Positions 39,213 to 49,430 of a stretch of DNA of 62,380 nucleotides are shown here, piece by piece. The translations under genes and the position numbers were made by a program. Source of the stretch: Ignavibacteriales bacterium. GTDB taxonomy: Bacteria; Bacteroidota; Ignavibacteria; UBA10030; BY39. The notes under the pieces were generated by a model, which saw only the letters and a list, made by a program, of their open reading frames with translations, did no database searches and was not told the DNA's origin. Position 1 is the first letter of the stretch, and each line of letters starts with the position of its first letter. The stretch is taken from the NCBI GenBank assembly GCA_037443685.1, contig JBBINX010000005.1:1-62380 (forward strand), read 5' to 3'.

Positions 39213-40088
39213 ATGACATTCGGTATAATGGGTAACATACGGAAACCCATGATTTACTCGGTAGCTAAAGAATTAATTGATTACCTAAAAAGTAAAAAAA
39301 TAGAATTTGTTTTGAGTCAAGAGTTGGTTTCCGTATTTAATAATGTAAACAAGAGGGATGGTGATACCAATATTTATCCATTGAAAAATTTAGCAGACCA
39401 TTGCGATATTATCATCGTATTAGGAGGCGACGGTACGATGCTAACTGCCGCAAGGTCAGTCGGCAGAAATTCGACTCCTATCCTCGGTATCAATTTAGGT
39501 AAATTAGGATTTTTAGCAGAGGTTCCAGTAAGTGCTATCCGAACGACAATAAATTCAATATTGAAAAATAACTATACTATTGAAGAAAGAATGGTTATTG
39601 AGGCATATTCACCACAAAAGAATAAAAGATTCTATGGAATGAACGAAATAGTAATTGATAGGGGAGCATCTAAGCGTGTGGTAGCATTAGAAACTTACGT
39701 CAACGATAAGTATTTACTTACATATTCAGCCGACGGTTTGATAATAACAACACCTACAGGTTCAACGGCTTATTCTCTTGCTGCGGGTGGACCTATTATC
39801 GCCCCTGAGAGTAACGTTATCATGCTAAATCCGATAGCAGCCCATACTCTAACTGCTAGACCTTTGGTAGTTCCGGATACAAGTACAATACGCGTGGTTG
39901 TAAATATGGAATTGCCCGTGCACGTTACAGCCGATGGACAGATTGAAACTTTCTATAAACCACCCGTAGAAATTATTATCAAGAAAGCTGATTATCCGAT
40001 AAAACTGATTAAACAAAAAGATCACTCATTCTTTGAGTTATTGCGAACAAAACTATTGTGGGGTAAAGACGTAAGAGTAGGGAGCTAA
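39213..40088 (+). CDS. nadK: NAD(+) kinase
   Basis: VLGGDGTML, GINLGKLGFL, NEIVI, ADGLIITTPTGSTAYSLAAGGPI. Confidence 0.95.
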   Translation: MTFGIMGNIRKPMIYSVAKELIDYLKSKKIEFVLSQELVSVFNNVNKRDGDTNIYPLKNLADHCDIIIVLGGDGTMLTAARSVGRNSTPILGINLGKLGFLAEVPVSAIRTTINSILKNNYTIEERMVIEAYSPQKNKRFYGMNEIVIDRGASKRVVALETYVNDKYLLTYSADGLIITTPTGSTAYSLAAGGPIIAPESNVIMLNPIAAHTLTARPLVVPDTSTIRVVVNMELPVHVTADGQIETFYKPPVEIIIKKADYPIKLIKQKDHSFFELLRTKLLWGKDVRVGS

Positions 40089-40090
40089 CA

Positions 40091-41452
40091 ATGAGGAAAA
40101 CGATAACAAAATATATCTGTCAATCTTGCGCTTATGAATCGCCGAGGTGGATTGGTAAATGTCCGAATTGTGAATCGTGGAATTCATTTGTTGAGGAAAC
40201 AATAACACTGAATAAACATTCGAAATCAAAAGGAAAAATTAGAACACACGAACTTATCACGTTAGAAAATATTAAAACTCGTGAAGAACCGCGCTTAAAA
40301 TCGATGATAAACGAGTTTAACAGAGTTCTCGGTGGTGGAATTGTGAAAGGATCAGTCACATTAATCGGCGGCGACCCAGGCATAGGTAAATCGACGTTGA
40401 TGCTGCAGATGGCTGATAGTTTGCGCGATAAGATAACACTGTATATCACAGGTGAGGAATCTCTTGAGCAATTAAAGTTAAGGTCGGAAAGGTTGAAAAT
40501 AAAATCCGGCGATAAAATTTTTCCAGTATCTGAAACGGAATTAGAAACAATTGGTAATTTAATTCACTCGACCAAACCAGATATTGTTATTGTGGATTCT
40601 ATACAAACGATGTATAGGTCTGAGTTAGAAAGTTCAGCAGGAAGTGTGGGGCAGGTTCGTGAATGTACAGCATATTTAATGAGGTTGGCAAAAGAAACTG
40701 GCATACCTGTTTTTCTGGTCGGACACGTTACAAAAGAAGGAATCATCGCAGGTCCGAAAGTGATCGAACATATCGTTGATACCGTAATACAATTCGAAGG
40801 GGAGAGGCATCACGCGTTTCGGATACTGAGATGTGTGAAAAACAGGTTCGGTTCGACGAATGAGATAGGAATTTTTGAGATGCACGATACGGGCTTACAG
40901 GAAGTAAAAAATCCTTCGGAAGTATTTTTGTCGGAAAGGATTTTGGGAGCGACAGGGTCAACTGTCGTATCCAGTATTGAGGGGTCGCGCCCGATATTAA
41001 TCGAGGTACAGGCTCTTGTGTCGCCGTCGAGTTATGGTATGCCTCAACGGAATACGACTGGTTTCGATTATAGACGCTTGACTTTATTAATCGCAGTTCT
41101 CGAAAAACGTATAGGCATCCAATTATCCGCTCACGATGTTTTTGTTAATATTGCGGGGGGAATAAAAATAGAAGAACCGGCAATCGACTTAGGTATCACT
41201 GCTTCTATACTCTCGAGTTTAAGAGATATTGCTATAGATCCACTTACAGTAGCAATCGGTGAAGTCGGATTGGGCGGCGAAATCAGAACAGTAAATCAAC
41301 CCGAACGAAGGATTCAAGAAGCTGAAAAATTGGGTTTCAAAAAAATTATCCTACCTAAAAATAATCTTAAAAACTTACACAAAGGTTTCTCACTTCAACT
41401 AATCGGAGCAGAAACACTTGATGAGGGGCTTGATGCGTTATTGATAAAATAA
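40091..41452 (+). CDS. radA: DNA repair protein RadA/Sms
   Basis: Zinc finger CQSCAYESPRWIGKCPNCESWNSF, Walker A GDPGIGKST, VKNRFGSTNE (KNRFG), Lon-like C-terminal domain. Confidence 0.97.
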   Translation: MRKTITKYICQSCAYESPRWIGKCPNCESWNSFVEETITLNKHSKSKGKIRTHELITLENIKTREEPRLKSMINEFNRVLGGGIVKGSVTLIGGDPGIGKSTLMLQMADSLRDKITLYITGEESLEQLKLRSERLKIKSGDKIFPVSETELETIGNLIHSTKPDIVIVDSIQTMYRSELESSAGSVGQVRECTAYLMRLAKETGIPVFLVGHVTKEGIIAGPKVIEHIVDTVIQFEGERHHAFRILRCVKNRFGSTNEIGIFEMHDTGLQEVKNPSEVFLSERILGATGSTVVSSIEGSRPILIEVQALVSPSSYGMPQRNTTGFDYRRLTLLIAVLEKRIGIQLSAHDVFVNIAGGIKIEEPAIDLGITASILSSLRDIAIDPLTVAIGEVGLGGEIRTVNQPERRIQEAEKLGFKKIILPKNNLKNLHKGFSLQLIGAETLDEGLDALLIK

Positions 41453-42054
41453 TGAATATAAAGACGATAATATTCGCTACAAAAAATATTGGCAAAGTTA
41501 AAGAAGTATTAGAAATTTTAAAAGACTTGAATCTCAATATAAAAACCTTAGCAGACTATCCTGAAATTCGAGATATCGTTGAGGACGGCGAAACTTTCGA
41601 GACGAATGCATTGATTAAAGCTCGTGAAGTTTTTCAGAAAACAGGTATTGCTACCTTAAGCGATGATTCGGGCTTAGAGGTTTTCGCACTCGATATGAAG
41701 CCCGGAGTTTTTTCTGCACGTTATGCTGGGAAAGATGTTAATTATTTAAAAAATAATAAAAAGTTGTTAGTCGAATTGAAATCTGTCCCAGTGAACAATA
41801 GACAAGCAAGGTTCAGATGTGTAACCGTTTTCAAAACATCGAATGCCGAAATTATAACAGAAGGAATATGTGAGGGCAGTATTATAACTGAGCAAAAAGG
41901 GAGTGGAGGTTTCGGATATGATCCGTTGTTTGTTCCCAAAGGATACAATCAAACATTTGCTGAATTACCTCAAAACGTTAAAAATTTAATAAGTCATCGG
42001 GCAACCGCTCTTCATAAAATAAAGCCAGCAATCATGAATTATTTAAAAAATTAA
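41452..42054 (+). CDS. rdgB: RdgB/HAM1 non-canonical purine NTP pyrophosphatase
   Basis: IIFATKNIGKVKE, DDSGLEV, GGFGYDP.F, SHRA. Confidence 0.92.
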   Translation: MNIKTIIFATKNIGKVKEVLEILKDLNLNIKTLADYPEIRDIVEDGETFETNALIKAREVFQKTGIATLSDDSGLEVFALDMKPGVFSARYAGKDVNYLKNNKKLLVELKSVPVNNRQARFRCVTVFKTSNAEIITEGICEGSIITEQKGSGGFGYDPLFVPKGYNQTFAELPQNVKNLISHRATALHKIKPAIMNYLKN

Positions 42055-42130
42055 AAATCTTTCCTGCATTATGCTTGATATTGTGTATCGAGATTGTTAT
42101 CTTATACTCAAAATTTAGCGAATAAAATTA

Positions 42131-42967
42131 ATGGTGGGAATATTTGATAAAAAACCTGAAATAATTTGGAATTACAAAGTTAAAAATATTATTTGGCGCG
42201 TCCTACCTTTTCACGATTCGCTAATTGTTGGCGAAGTCAGGGATACTACGAATAAAGATTCATCTTTCTTTTGTCTTGAATCAGCCAGCGGCAAAATCCT
42301 TTGGTCGGATATTAAATTCGAAGAACCTTGGTGGATTGGTATAGATGATATTTCAAGTGATGTAATTATTTTTCACAAATTTGCACAACCCGACCTCCCG
42401 CTTCATAAACAGATTATTGCAGTTGATATAAGAAGTGGAAATGTATTGTGGACTAATTACGAGGTTAGTTTTATCTGCACGAGTGCAGAATATTTGTTTG
42501 GCAACAAAGAAGAATTTGATCGTAAAATCAATTTTCAAATTAACATATTAACAGGTGAAATAGTTAAAGAATTAACACCTGATGATATCAAAAGTGTCAT
42601 CGAAAAAAGCAAGATTGCCAAGCATAAGTATTTTCAATCTCCGGATATTTTCTCCATAGATAGGATAGCTAATCCGGTCGTAATCTCCTTCATTCAGAAA
42701 CAAAAGAACACGAAACTGATAGACTCAATCGAATATCTAAAAGTGAAAAGTTACTTCATTATCGGTTTATGTGAGAATATAAGCAGTAACGACGGACAGA
42801 ATAAGATAATCGAACGTGTAATCATTTTAGATGAGAATGGGGAAAAGCTATTTACTGATACTATTATTGAGAGTGGAAACTTGCCTATGCTTCCAAATTA
42901 TTTTGTAAAAGACAACATACTCTATTATGTAAAAAACAAAAACAAATTGAATGCAATAAGAATATGA
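42131..42967 (+). CDS. Hypothetical protein (possibly DUF4905-like, Trp-rich beta-propeller-like)
   Basis: Repeated ..ILW.. / ..VLW.. strand motifs. No catalytic motif recognised. Confidence 0.4.
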   Translation: MVGIFDKKPEIIWNYKVKNIIWRVLPFHDSLIVGEVRDTTNKDSSFFCLESASGKILWSDIKFEEPWWIGIDDISSDVIIFHKFAQPDLPLHKQIIAVDIRSGNVLWTNYEVSFICTSAEYLFGNKEEFDRKINFQINILTGEIVKELTPDDIKSVIEKSKIAKHKYFQSPDIFSIDRIANPVVISFIQKQKNTKLIDSIEYLKVKSYFIIGLCENISSNDGQNKIIERVIILDENGEKLFTDTIIESGNLPMLPNYFVKDNILYYVKNKNKLNAIRI

Positions 42968-43383
42968 AAACATTTTCCGAAAATATTTTTATATCTACAC
43001 GCGGTAATAATGAGATTATAAATATTACAACAGATGTAGAGAAAGTTGTAAAAAAATCAGGTATCCGAGACGGAATTGTTACCGTATTCATAGTTGGCTC
43101 GACCGCAGGTATTACAACGATAGAGTATGAACCTGGTCTGATGAAGGACTTACCCGAATCGCTTGAAAACATAGCACCGATGAAAAAAAGATATCATCAC
43201 GACGATGCGTGGGGTGACGGAAATGGTTATGCACATATAAGGTCGGCTATTGTCGGGACTTCATTAACTATACCAATAGGTAATGCAATGCTGGAATCAG
43301 GAACTTGGCAACAAATAGTCTTCATAGATTTTGATAACCGAGCTCGTCAACGTTCCATAATATGTAAAATTATAGGAGAATAA
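42964..43383 (+). CDS. yjbQ: YjbQ/UPF0047 family (secondary thiamine-phosphate synthase) protein
   Basis: GIVTVFIVGSTAGITTIEYEPGL..DL, YAHIRSAIVGTSLTIPI, GTWQQIVFIDFD. Confidence 0.85.
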   Translation: MKTFSENIFISTRGNNEIINITTDVEKVVKKSGIRDGIVTVFIVGSTAGITTIEYEPGLMKDLPESLENIAPMKKRYHHDDAWGDGNGYAHIRSAIVGTSLTIPIGNAMLESGTWQQIVFIDFDNRARQRSIICKIIGE

Positions 43384-43387
43384 TTAG

Positions 43388-44293
43388 ATGCGATCAATAA
43401 AGATTAAACAAATTGATGCATTTACCGACGTACCATTCGAAGGTAATCCTGCCGCTATCGTAAACGACGCAACCGGTTTAAGCGACGAACAGATGCAGAA
43501 TATCGCAAAAGAGATGAACTTGTCCGAAACCGCCTTCGTCCTTCAACCAACTACCAAGGATGCTGATTTACGCTTACGATGGTTTACTCCGTCGCAAGAA
43601 GTTTCGTTGTGCGGGCATGCGACAATCGCAGCTTTCCATTCGCTCGCAGAAGACGGTTTGTACGGTATTAAGAACGATGGGAATTATAAATTTAATATTG
43701 AAACTTCTTCTGGTATATTACCCGTCGAGGTTATAAAATCAAGTACTAATATAGAAGTATCTCTTGGTTTAGTCGTTCCTCAAAAGTTTGAACGCTTCTC
43801 ACAATATAAATTAGATATCATACGGATTTTAAATATTAATTTAAGTGATATAGAACCCAAAATGTTAATCCTTAAAACGAATTATCTTTTTGTGCCTCTC
43901 AGAAGATTATTTGTAGTATATGGATTACGTCCGAATTTTTTTACCTTGACTAATTTTATGAACCAGCGGAATCTGAAAGGGATATGTGTTTTTTCTACGG
44001 AGACAATCGAACGGGATTCATTAGTTCACATTAGGTTTTTTGCTCCAAATCAAGGTATTACGGAAGATCCTGTAACAGGGTCAGTTCATGGTGGTTTAGC
44101 TGTTTACCTCCTTGAAAACGGTATTTTAACGCTGGAAAAAGGCATCGGAACATACAAAGCAGAGCAAGGTGACAAAGTCGGCCGGAAAGGAAGGGTAATG
44201 GTTACACTTGCTGTTAATGATGAAGGTGAAAAATCGGTGAAAATTACAGGAAGAGCAATTACTATATTTAGCACCGATATGAGAATTTCTTAA
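43388..44293 (+). CDS. PhzF-family isomerase
   Basis: IDAFTDVPFEGNPAAIV, NLSETAFV, RWFTP..EV.LCGHATIA, EDPVTGS. Confidence 0.88.
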   Translation: MRSIKIKQIDAFTDVPFEGNPAAIVNDATGLSDEQMQNIAKEMNLSETAFVLQPTTKDADLRLRWFTPSQEVSLCGHATIAAFHSLAEDGLYGIKNDGNYKFNIETSSGILPVEVIKSSTNIEVSLGLVVPQKFERFSQYKLDIIRILNINLSDIEPKMLILKTNYLFVPLRRLFVVYGLRPNFFTLTNFMNQRNLKGICVFSTETIERDSLVHIRFFAPNQGITEDPVTGSVHGGLAVYLLENGILTLEKGIGTYKAEQGDKVGRKGRVMVTLAVNDEGEKSVKITGRAITIFSTDMRIS

Positions 44294-44315
44294 AAAATAA
44301 ATAACACGGGACAGT

Positions 44316-46289
44316 ATGACCTACAACAATATAATTTTTATCATTGTACTGATTATAGCTATTAGCTATTTTTTATCTAACTTCGTTCGCTTGATTTCAT
44401 TCCTCAAATTAGGTAAGGCTGAAAACAGAACAGACCAGCCCTTCGTTCGATTTAAAAAAGTATTAGTGGTTGCTTTCGGACAAACAAAGTTATTAAGAGA
44501 GCCGTTCGCAGGACTTATACACTTTTTTATCTTTTGGGGATTCGTGATTTTGCTTTCAGCAATTTTAGAATCGATAGGTGAAGGAATATATTCAAATTTT
44601 TCCCTATCGTTCATTGGCTGGTTATACTCACCACTGATATTCACACAGGAGGTGATTGCGTTTCTTGTAGTTATATCTGTCTTATTTGCATTTAGCAGAA
44701 GGTTATTCAATCCACCGAAACGATTCGAAGGACATTCTACTGCAGAAGCATATTTTATCCTCGGGATGATTTTGTTTATTATGTTGTCTATGTTCGGTCA
44801 AAATTCTACAAAGATGTTGCTCGATGAATCGCACTTTTCTAATTTAAGATTTATCTCGGTATTAATTTCGCCTGTTTTTAACCAGCTCTCAAACCAATCG
44901 CTTGAGATATGGTATCATATATTTTGGTGGATTCATATCGGATTTGTCCTTCTGTTTTTAAATTATTTACCGTTTTCGAAACATCTCCACGTTTTAACTT
45001 CTATCCCAAATGTATATTTATCAAAGCTAACTCCAAAAGGGGCGCTCAAATCGATAAACCTGAGCGATGAGACGTTAACAAAATTCGGAGCATCGGATAT
45101 CGAAGATTTTACGTGGAAGCAATTATTGGACGGTTGCACCTGTACCGAATGCGGTAGATGTACCGCTTCGTGCCCGGCGAACATTACCGGAAAACCATTA
45201 TCGCCGAGAAAAATTATGGAGGATTTACGAAGTCGTTTGATGGAAAAGGGACTTCTATTGACAAAGAAAAAAGATGTTAGTCAACTCCAAAAACAATTCG
45301 TTGGTGGATATGTAACAGAAGATGAAATTTGGGCATGCACAACCTGTTCGGCTTGTGTGCAGGAATGCCCAGTTATGATAGAGCATTTGGATACAATTGT
45401 AGATATGCGCCGTTATCTTGTTCTGAATGAATCTCGTTTTCCTAAAGAACTTCAAACCACATTTCTAAATTTAGAACGTAATTTCACTCCATGGGCTTTT
45501 GGTCATTCAACTCGTGCCGATTGGGCTGAAGGATTGAATGTACCACAAATGTCAAATACGAAAGATATTGATATACTATTTTGGGTTGGCTGTGCAGGTG
45601 CCTACGATGATAGGGCAAAAAAAGTATCAAGAGCTTTTGTTAAAATCTTACAAATGGCAGAAATTAAATTTGCAATATTGGGGATAGAAGAAAAATGCAG
45701 TGGCGATTCAGCAAGGCGAGCCGGAAATGAATACTTAGCGCAAATGTTGATGAACGAAAATATTTCAACGCTCAACAACTACAATATTAAAAAAATTGTA
45801 ACAACCTGTCCGCATTGCTTCAATACTCTAAAGAACGAGTATCCACAATTCGGCGGGAATTATGAAGTAGTTCACCACACTGATTATATACTCAACTTGA
45901 TAGAGGATGGAAAGATTCGACTGTCAAAAAAAATAAATGCAAAAATTACTTTTCACGATTCTTGTTATTTGGGAAGATATAACGACATCTATGAATCGCC
46001 CCGACAGATTATGAGTAGTATCCCAGGGACTAAAACCATCGAGATGGAACGGTCAAAAGATAAAGGATTTTGCTGTGGTGCTGGCGGTGCAAGGATGTTT
46101 ATGGAAGAGACAATCGGAAAAAGAGTTAATCACGACCGCACCGAAGAAGCTTTGGCGCTCAACATCAATGTAATTGGTACTGCTTGTCCGTTTTGCTTAA
46201 CGATGTTATCCGATGGGGTGAAGGATAAAGAAGCAACGGAAAAAGTCGTTGTGAAAGATATTGCAGAATTGGTTGCAGAGGCAATATAA
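44316..46289 (+). CDS. Membrane-anchored (Fe-S)-binding oxidoreductase, HdrD/GlpC/DsrMK-like (N-terminal polytopic domain + 2x[4Fe-4S] + two CCG domains)
   Basis: About six TM, CTECGRCTASCP and CTTCSACVQECP ferredoxin motifs, then CCG-type motifs (WVGCAG, CPHC / DSCY, CCGAGG, CPFC). Confidence 0.8.
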   Translation: MTYNNIIFIIVLIIAISYFLSNFVRLISFLKLGKAENRTDQPFVRFKKVLVVAFGQTKLLREPFAGLIHFFIFWGFVILLSAILESIGEGIYSNFSLSFIGWLYSPLIFTQEVIAFLVVISVLFAFSRRLFNPPKRFEGHSTAEAYFILGMILFIMLSMFGQNSTKMLLDESHFSNLRFISVLISPVFNQLSNQSLEIWYHIFWWIHIGFVLLFLNYLPFSKHLHVLTSIPNVYLSKLTPKGALKSINLSDETLTKFGASDIEDFTWKQLLDGCTCTECGRCTASCPANITGKPLSPRKIMEDLRSRLMEKGLLLTKKKDVSQLQKQFVGGYVTEDEIWACTTCSACVQECPVMIEHLDTIVDMRRYLVLNESRFPKELQTTFLNLERNFTPWAFGHSTRADWAEGLNVPQMSNTKDIDILFWVGCAGAYDDRAKKVSRAFVKILQMAEIKFAILGIEEKCSGDSARRAGNEYLAQMLMNENISTLNNYNIKKIVTTCPHCFNTLKNEYPQFGGNYEVVHHTDYILNLIEDGKIRLSKKINAKITFHDSCYLGRYNDIYESPRQIMSSIPGTKTIEMERSKDKGFCCGAGGARMFMEETIGKRVNHDRTEEALALNINVIGTACPFCLTMLSDGVKDKEATEKVVVKDIAELVAEAI

Positions 46290-46597
46290 CATTATTTTTT
46301 GGGAACAATTTTAATAAAAAAAAGTAAAAAATTTCTAAGCGATTGATTGTAATAAAGGAGTTTAAACCTGCACGTCTAATAGTTACTATATAGCAGGCTC
46401 ATCAAAACTCAGCGAGTCGGGGGGATATCTATAAGCGTATTTTGACTTAATCGCTTTTCTCTTTCGCCAGTGTAACAATTGTAAAGGATTCTTCTAATCC
46501 TGTTTATTTGAGATGGGGAACTCAACACCAATTATTGTTTGAGCTAAGACCCCTTTTTATTGTCTGTCAAATTCTGGAATAGAAGGGGGAAATGTGT

Positions 46598-46861
46598 TCA
46601 ATCTGTGTTTGCACGAGATTTTGATAGTATTTGTAATTTACTGCGTAATGTACTTCTTGGTAATTTTAGTAAATTAGCAGCCGATGAGATGTTATTATTA
46701 GTTGTTTTTAAAGCCCATTCGAGGATTTCTTTTTCTTTTTTGTACATATATTCTTCATAAGGAGGAAATTGTTCTTGCTTATTGAAAATGTTATTATCTT
46801 TTTCTGTTATTTGCCGTGAATCACTCAGAATTAAATTATCAAGGGTGCCTGATTCAGACAT
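46598..46861 (-). CDS. C-terminal fragment of the sigma-54 activator: linker plus Fis-type HTH (HTH_8)
   Basis: ILEWALKTTNNNISSAANLLKLPRSTLRSKLQ. In frame with 46904..47962, separated from it by a TGA and 14 sense codons. Confidence 0.8.
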   Translation of the reverse strand: MSESGTLDNLILSDSRQITEKDNNIFNKQEQFPPYEEYMYKKEKEILEWALKTTNNNISSAANLLKLPRSTLRSKLQILSKSRANTD

Positions 46862-46903
46862 GATTATAATTCGTTCTGCAACGTTTTCTAACTCTCGGAT
46901 ATT

Positions 46904-47962
46904 TCAGGGCCAATTGTATTGAATAAGTTGGGACTGTATTTCGGGGGTAAGAAATTTTATTTTTTCTTCTGCACCACGTCGTTGGAAGAAATGAGTCAAC
47001 AACGGAATAATGTCTTCTTTTCGTTCACGTAAGGGAGGTAATTTGATGGGTATAATATTTAGCCGATAATAGAGGTCATCTCGAAATCGATTCGATTTTA
47101 CCCGATTATAAAGGTCAACTTTTGTAGCACATAGAACACGAACATTAATCGATATGTTTTCATCTCCACCTAATCTAACAAATTCTCTTTCTTGTAGTAC
47201 TCTGAGTAATTTTACCTGCAATGTCATTGGCAGATCATCGACATCATCAATAAAAATCGTTCCTCCGTTAGCTCTTTCGAAATAACCGATGTGGCGTTTG
47301 ATTGCACCAGTGAATGACCCCTTTTCATGTCCGAAAAGTTCGCTTTCGAGCAAAGATTCTGGTATAGCAGCACAGTTCATCGGAATAAACGGAGAAGCTT
47401 TTCTTGAGCTGTAAGAATGTAAAGCACGCGCAACTAATTCTTTGCCAGTTCCACTTTCACCTTCGATAAGTACTGTATAGTCATGTGCTGCAACTGCTTT
47501 AATGGTTTCTACAAGTTGCTTGGTTTGAGCGGAAATTCCTACAATAATTTTATCCTCAATACTTTTTAATTTCTTCCTTAATTTAGCATTTTCTTCCAAT
47601 GCATCGCGGAGTTGTTTGATGTGCTTCAACATGCTTATCAAGCGATCAGGTGAAAATGGCTTAGTCAAATAATCATAAGCACCCAATTTTATTGCTTCGA
47701 CTGCAGTGTCAATTGTAGCGAAAGCTGTTATTACAATAACGTAACAATTAGTATTTTTGGTTTTTACAGCTTTCAAAATATCCATTCCCGAAACGTGTGG
47801 AAGACGGAGGTCCGTTATTACTACATCAAAGTTGTTCTCAAAAAATTTATTTAAACCATCACGTCCGCTTTCTGTGCTGGTAATATCATAACCTTCTTTT
47901 TGTAATGTTTCGTCGAGTGTTATTCGAGTGATTTTTTCGTCTTCAATTAATAATATTTTCAT
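46904..47962 (-). CDS. NtrC-family sigma-54-dependent response regulator (receiver + AAA+ domain), terminated prematurely by an in-frame TGA
   Basis: Receiver domain (DVVITDLRLP, K in LTKPF). GESGTGKELVARALH, ESELFGHEKGSFTGA (GAFTGA-type loop), GTIFIDDVDD, RVLCAT, FRDDLYYRL. Ends ...LIQYNWP*. Confidence 0.9.
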   Translation of the reverse strand: MKILLIEDEKITRITLDETLQKEGYDITSTESGRDGLNKFFENNFDVVITDLRLPHVSGMDILKAVKTKNTNCYVIVITAFATIDTAVEAIKLGAYDYLTKPFSPDRLISMLKHIKQLRDALEENAKLRKKLKSIEDKIIVGISAQTKQLVETIKAVAAHDYTVLIEGESGTGKELVARALHSYSSRKASPFIPMNCAAIPESLLESELFGHEKGSFTGAIKRHIGYFERANGGTIFIDDVDDLPMTLQVKLLRVLQEREFVRLGGDENISINVRVLCATKVDLYNRVKSNRFRDDLYYRLNIIPIKLPPLRERKEDIIPLLTHFFQRRGAEEKIKFLTPEIQSQLIQYNWP

Positions 47963-49428
47963 TGTTCCATTTTAATCGGTAGGATTACTTTAAATTCAGT
48001 CTCTTTATTTGGAATACTTTTTACTTCTATATTTCCTCTGTGTGCTTCTACAATTCCTAAACTTACTGACAAGCCAAGCCCGGTTCCTTCTTTCGGTCCT
48101 TTTGTTGTGTAAAACGGTTCGAAAATATTTTGAAGATTATCTTCATTTATACCGATTCCATTATCTATCACCGAGACATATAATTGTTTAGGATCCAACA
48201 AACGGCTTTTTATAATAATAGAACCTGCTTCATTCACTGCGTCAATGCTGTTTAGTAGAATGTTCATAAAAACTTCGGTTATCAATTGCTCATCTGCTTG
48301 AATGTTTGGTAGTTTAAGATCCAAATCTAATTGAAACTGAATTTGTTTATTTTTAATTCTAAAATCTAATAGCCGTGATACCTTTTGTATCACCTCATTG
48401 ATATTTAAATAGACCATTGCTTTTTCCTGTTGGCGTGCAAAGGAAAGAAGCTTTTGTACCACAGTTTCAATATAGTTAATACCTTCTTCCACTAACTTTA
48501 AATATTCTTTTGTTTGTTGTTGGTTAGCTGGCTCTTTATATATAGCGTATAAACAATTTTTTATACCGTTCAATGGATTATTTATTTCGTGAGCGACTCC
48601 AGAAGCTAACCTCCCTATCGAGGCGAGTTTTTCTGCATTATAAATTTGTTTCTGTGCCTCTACGAGTTGCTTTTTCGAATGCGAAAGTCTTTTAAGTAAC
48701 AACCCGAACCGATAGTTTAAAAAGCCGATTTCATCGTTACGTTGGGGGAGAGAAATTTCAGTATCGGAGTCTATATCGGTTTTATCCATCGCATTGACGA
48801 GTATACGAAGCGAGTTTGTTAATCGTCCGATCGTTATATAAAGCACAACAAGAGTAACAATAATCACACAGGTTGTGATAAAAAATAAAAGAAAGAATAA
48901 TTTTTGAATTTCTGTACGCATTGATTCAGCATCAAAACCAATAATTAATACACCCCAGCGTTTGCTGGCTACACGCAATGGCAGAACTGTTTCGATTATC
49001 CATCCATAGTCTTCGGAGTTATGAATTGCGGTTATTAAAGAATCAGATTCCATCACCGCTACCTTTATTGGTTCTTTTATTCCTTGGTCATACTTGGTGA
49101 AATCGCTATGAGCGAGTATTTGACGGGAGTTATTATACACTGCTATATATTTTATCCCTTCTATTGAATTCATAAAATTATTGATATAACGTTCGAGCAG
49201 ATCCTCGACTTGTGTGTTTTCTTTCTGCCCATAAATAAAAGCATCCGTTAGCGAAGTCGAAATAGCTTTTGTTACTGACGAAGCATTTTTTTCTTGGTTA
49301 GCAACTATTAGAGTTCGCCATTGAAAAAGTATGGTTATAGAGATAACTATCATCAGCAGAATAGTTATCCCTCCGATAACAACCATTAACTTAGTAACTA
49401 AGCCAACTTTGTATGGATTTTTATCCAA
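47959..49428 (-). CDS. Membrane sensor histidine kinase
   Basis: Two TM flanking a roughly 150-aa periplasmic domain, a HAMP-like linker, H-box SGVAHEINNPLNGI, N-box NILLNSIDA, G-boxes DNGIGI and GTGLGLSVS. 4-nt overlap with the regulator gene. Confidence 0.9.
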   Translation of the reverse strand: MDKNPYKVGLVTKLMVVIGGITILLMIVISITILFQWRTLIVANQEKNASSVTKAISTSLTDAFIYGQKENTQVEDLLERYINNFMNSIEGIKYIAVYNNSRQILAHSDFTKYDQGIKEPIKVAVMESDSLITAIHNSEDYGWIIETVLPLRVASKRWGVLIIGFDAESMRTEIQKLFFLLFFITTCVIIVTLVVLYITIGRLTNSLRILVNAMDKTDIDSDTEISLPQRNDEIGFLNYRFGLLLKRLSHSKKQLVEAQKQIYNAEKLASIGRLASGVAHEINNPLNGIKNCLYAIYKEPANQQQTKEYLKLVEEGINYIETVVQKLLSFARQQEKAMVYLNINEVIQKVSRLLDFRIKNKQIQFQLDLDLKLPNIQADEQLITEVFMNILLNSIDAVNEAGSIIIKSRLLDPKQLYVSVIDNGIGINEDNLQNIFEPFYTTKGPKEGTGLGLSVSLGIVEAHRGNIEVKSIPNKETEFKVILPIKMEQ

Positions 49429-49430
49429 TA

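Noticed and set aside
46904-46906. Idea that TGA encodes glycine in this organism (genetic code 25), explaining the in-frame TGA at the WPGNIRELEN glycine
   Set aside because: All long conserved genes in the window (leuS, the EF-G paralog, radA, the receptor and others) are intact under the standard code with no internal TGA. Several genes end at TGA in the expected place (17996-17998, 36886-36888, 53326-53328, 54048-54050). TGA is therefore a normal stop here, and the event is local.
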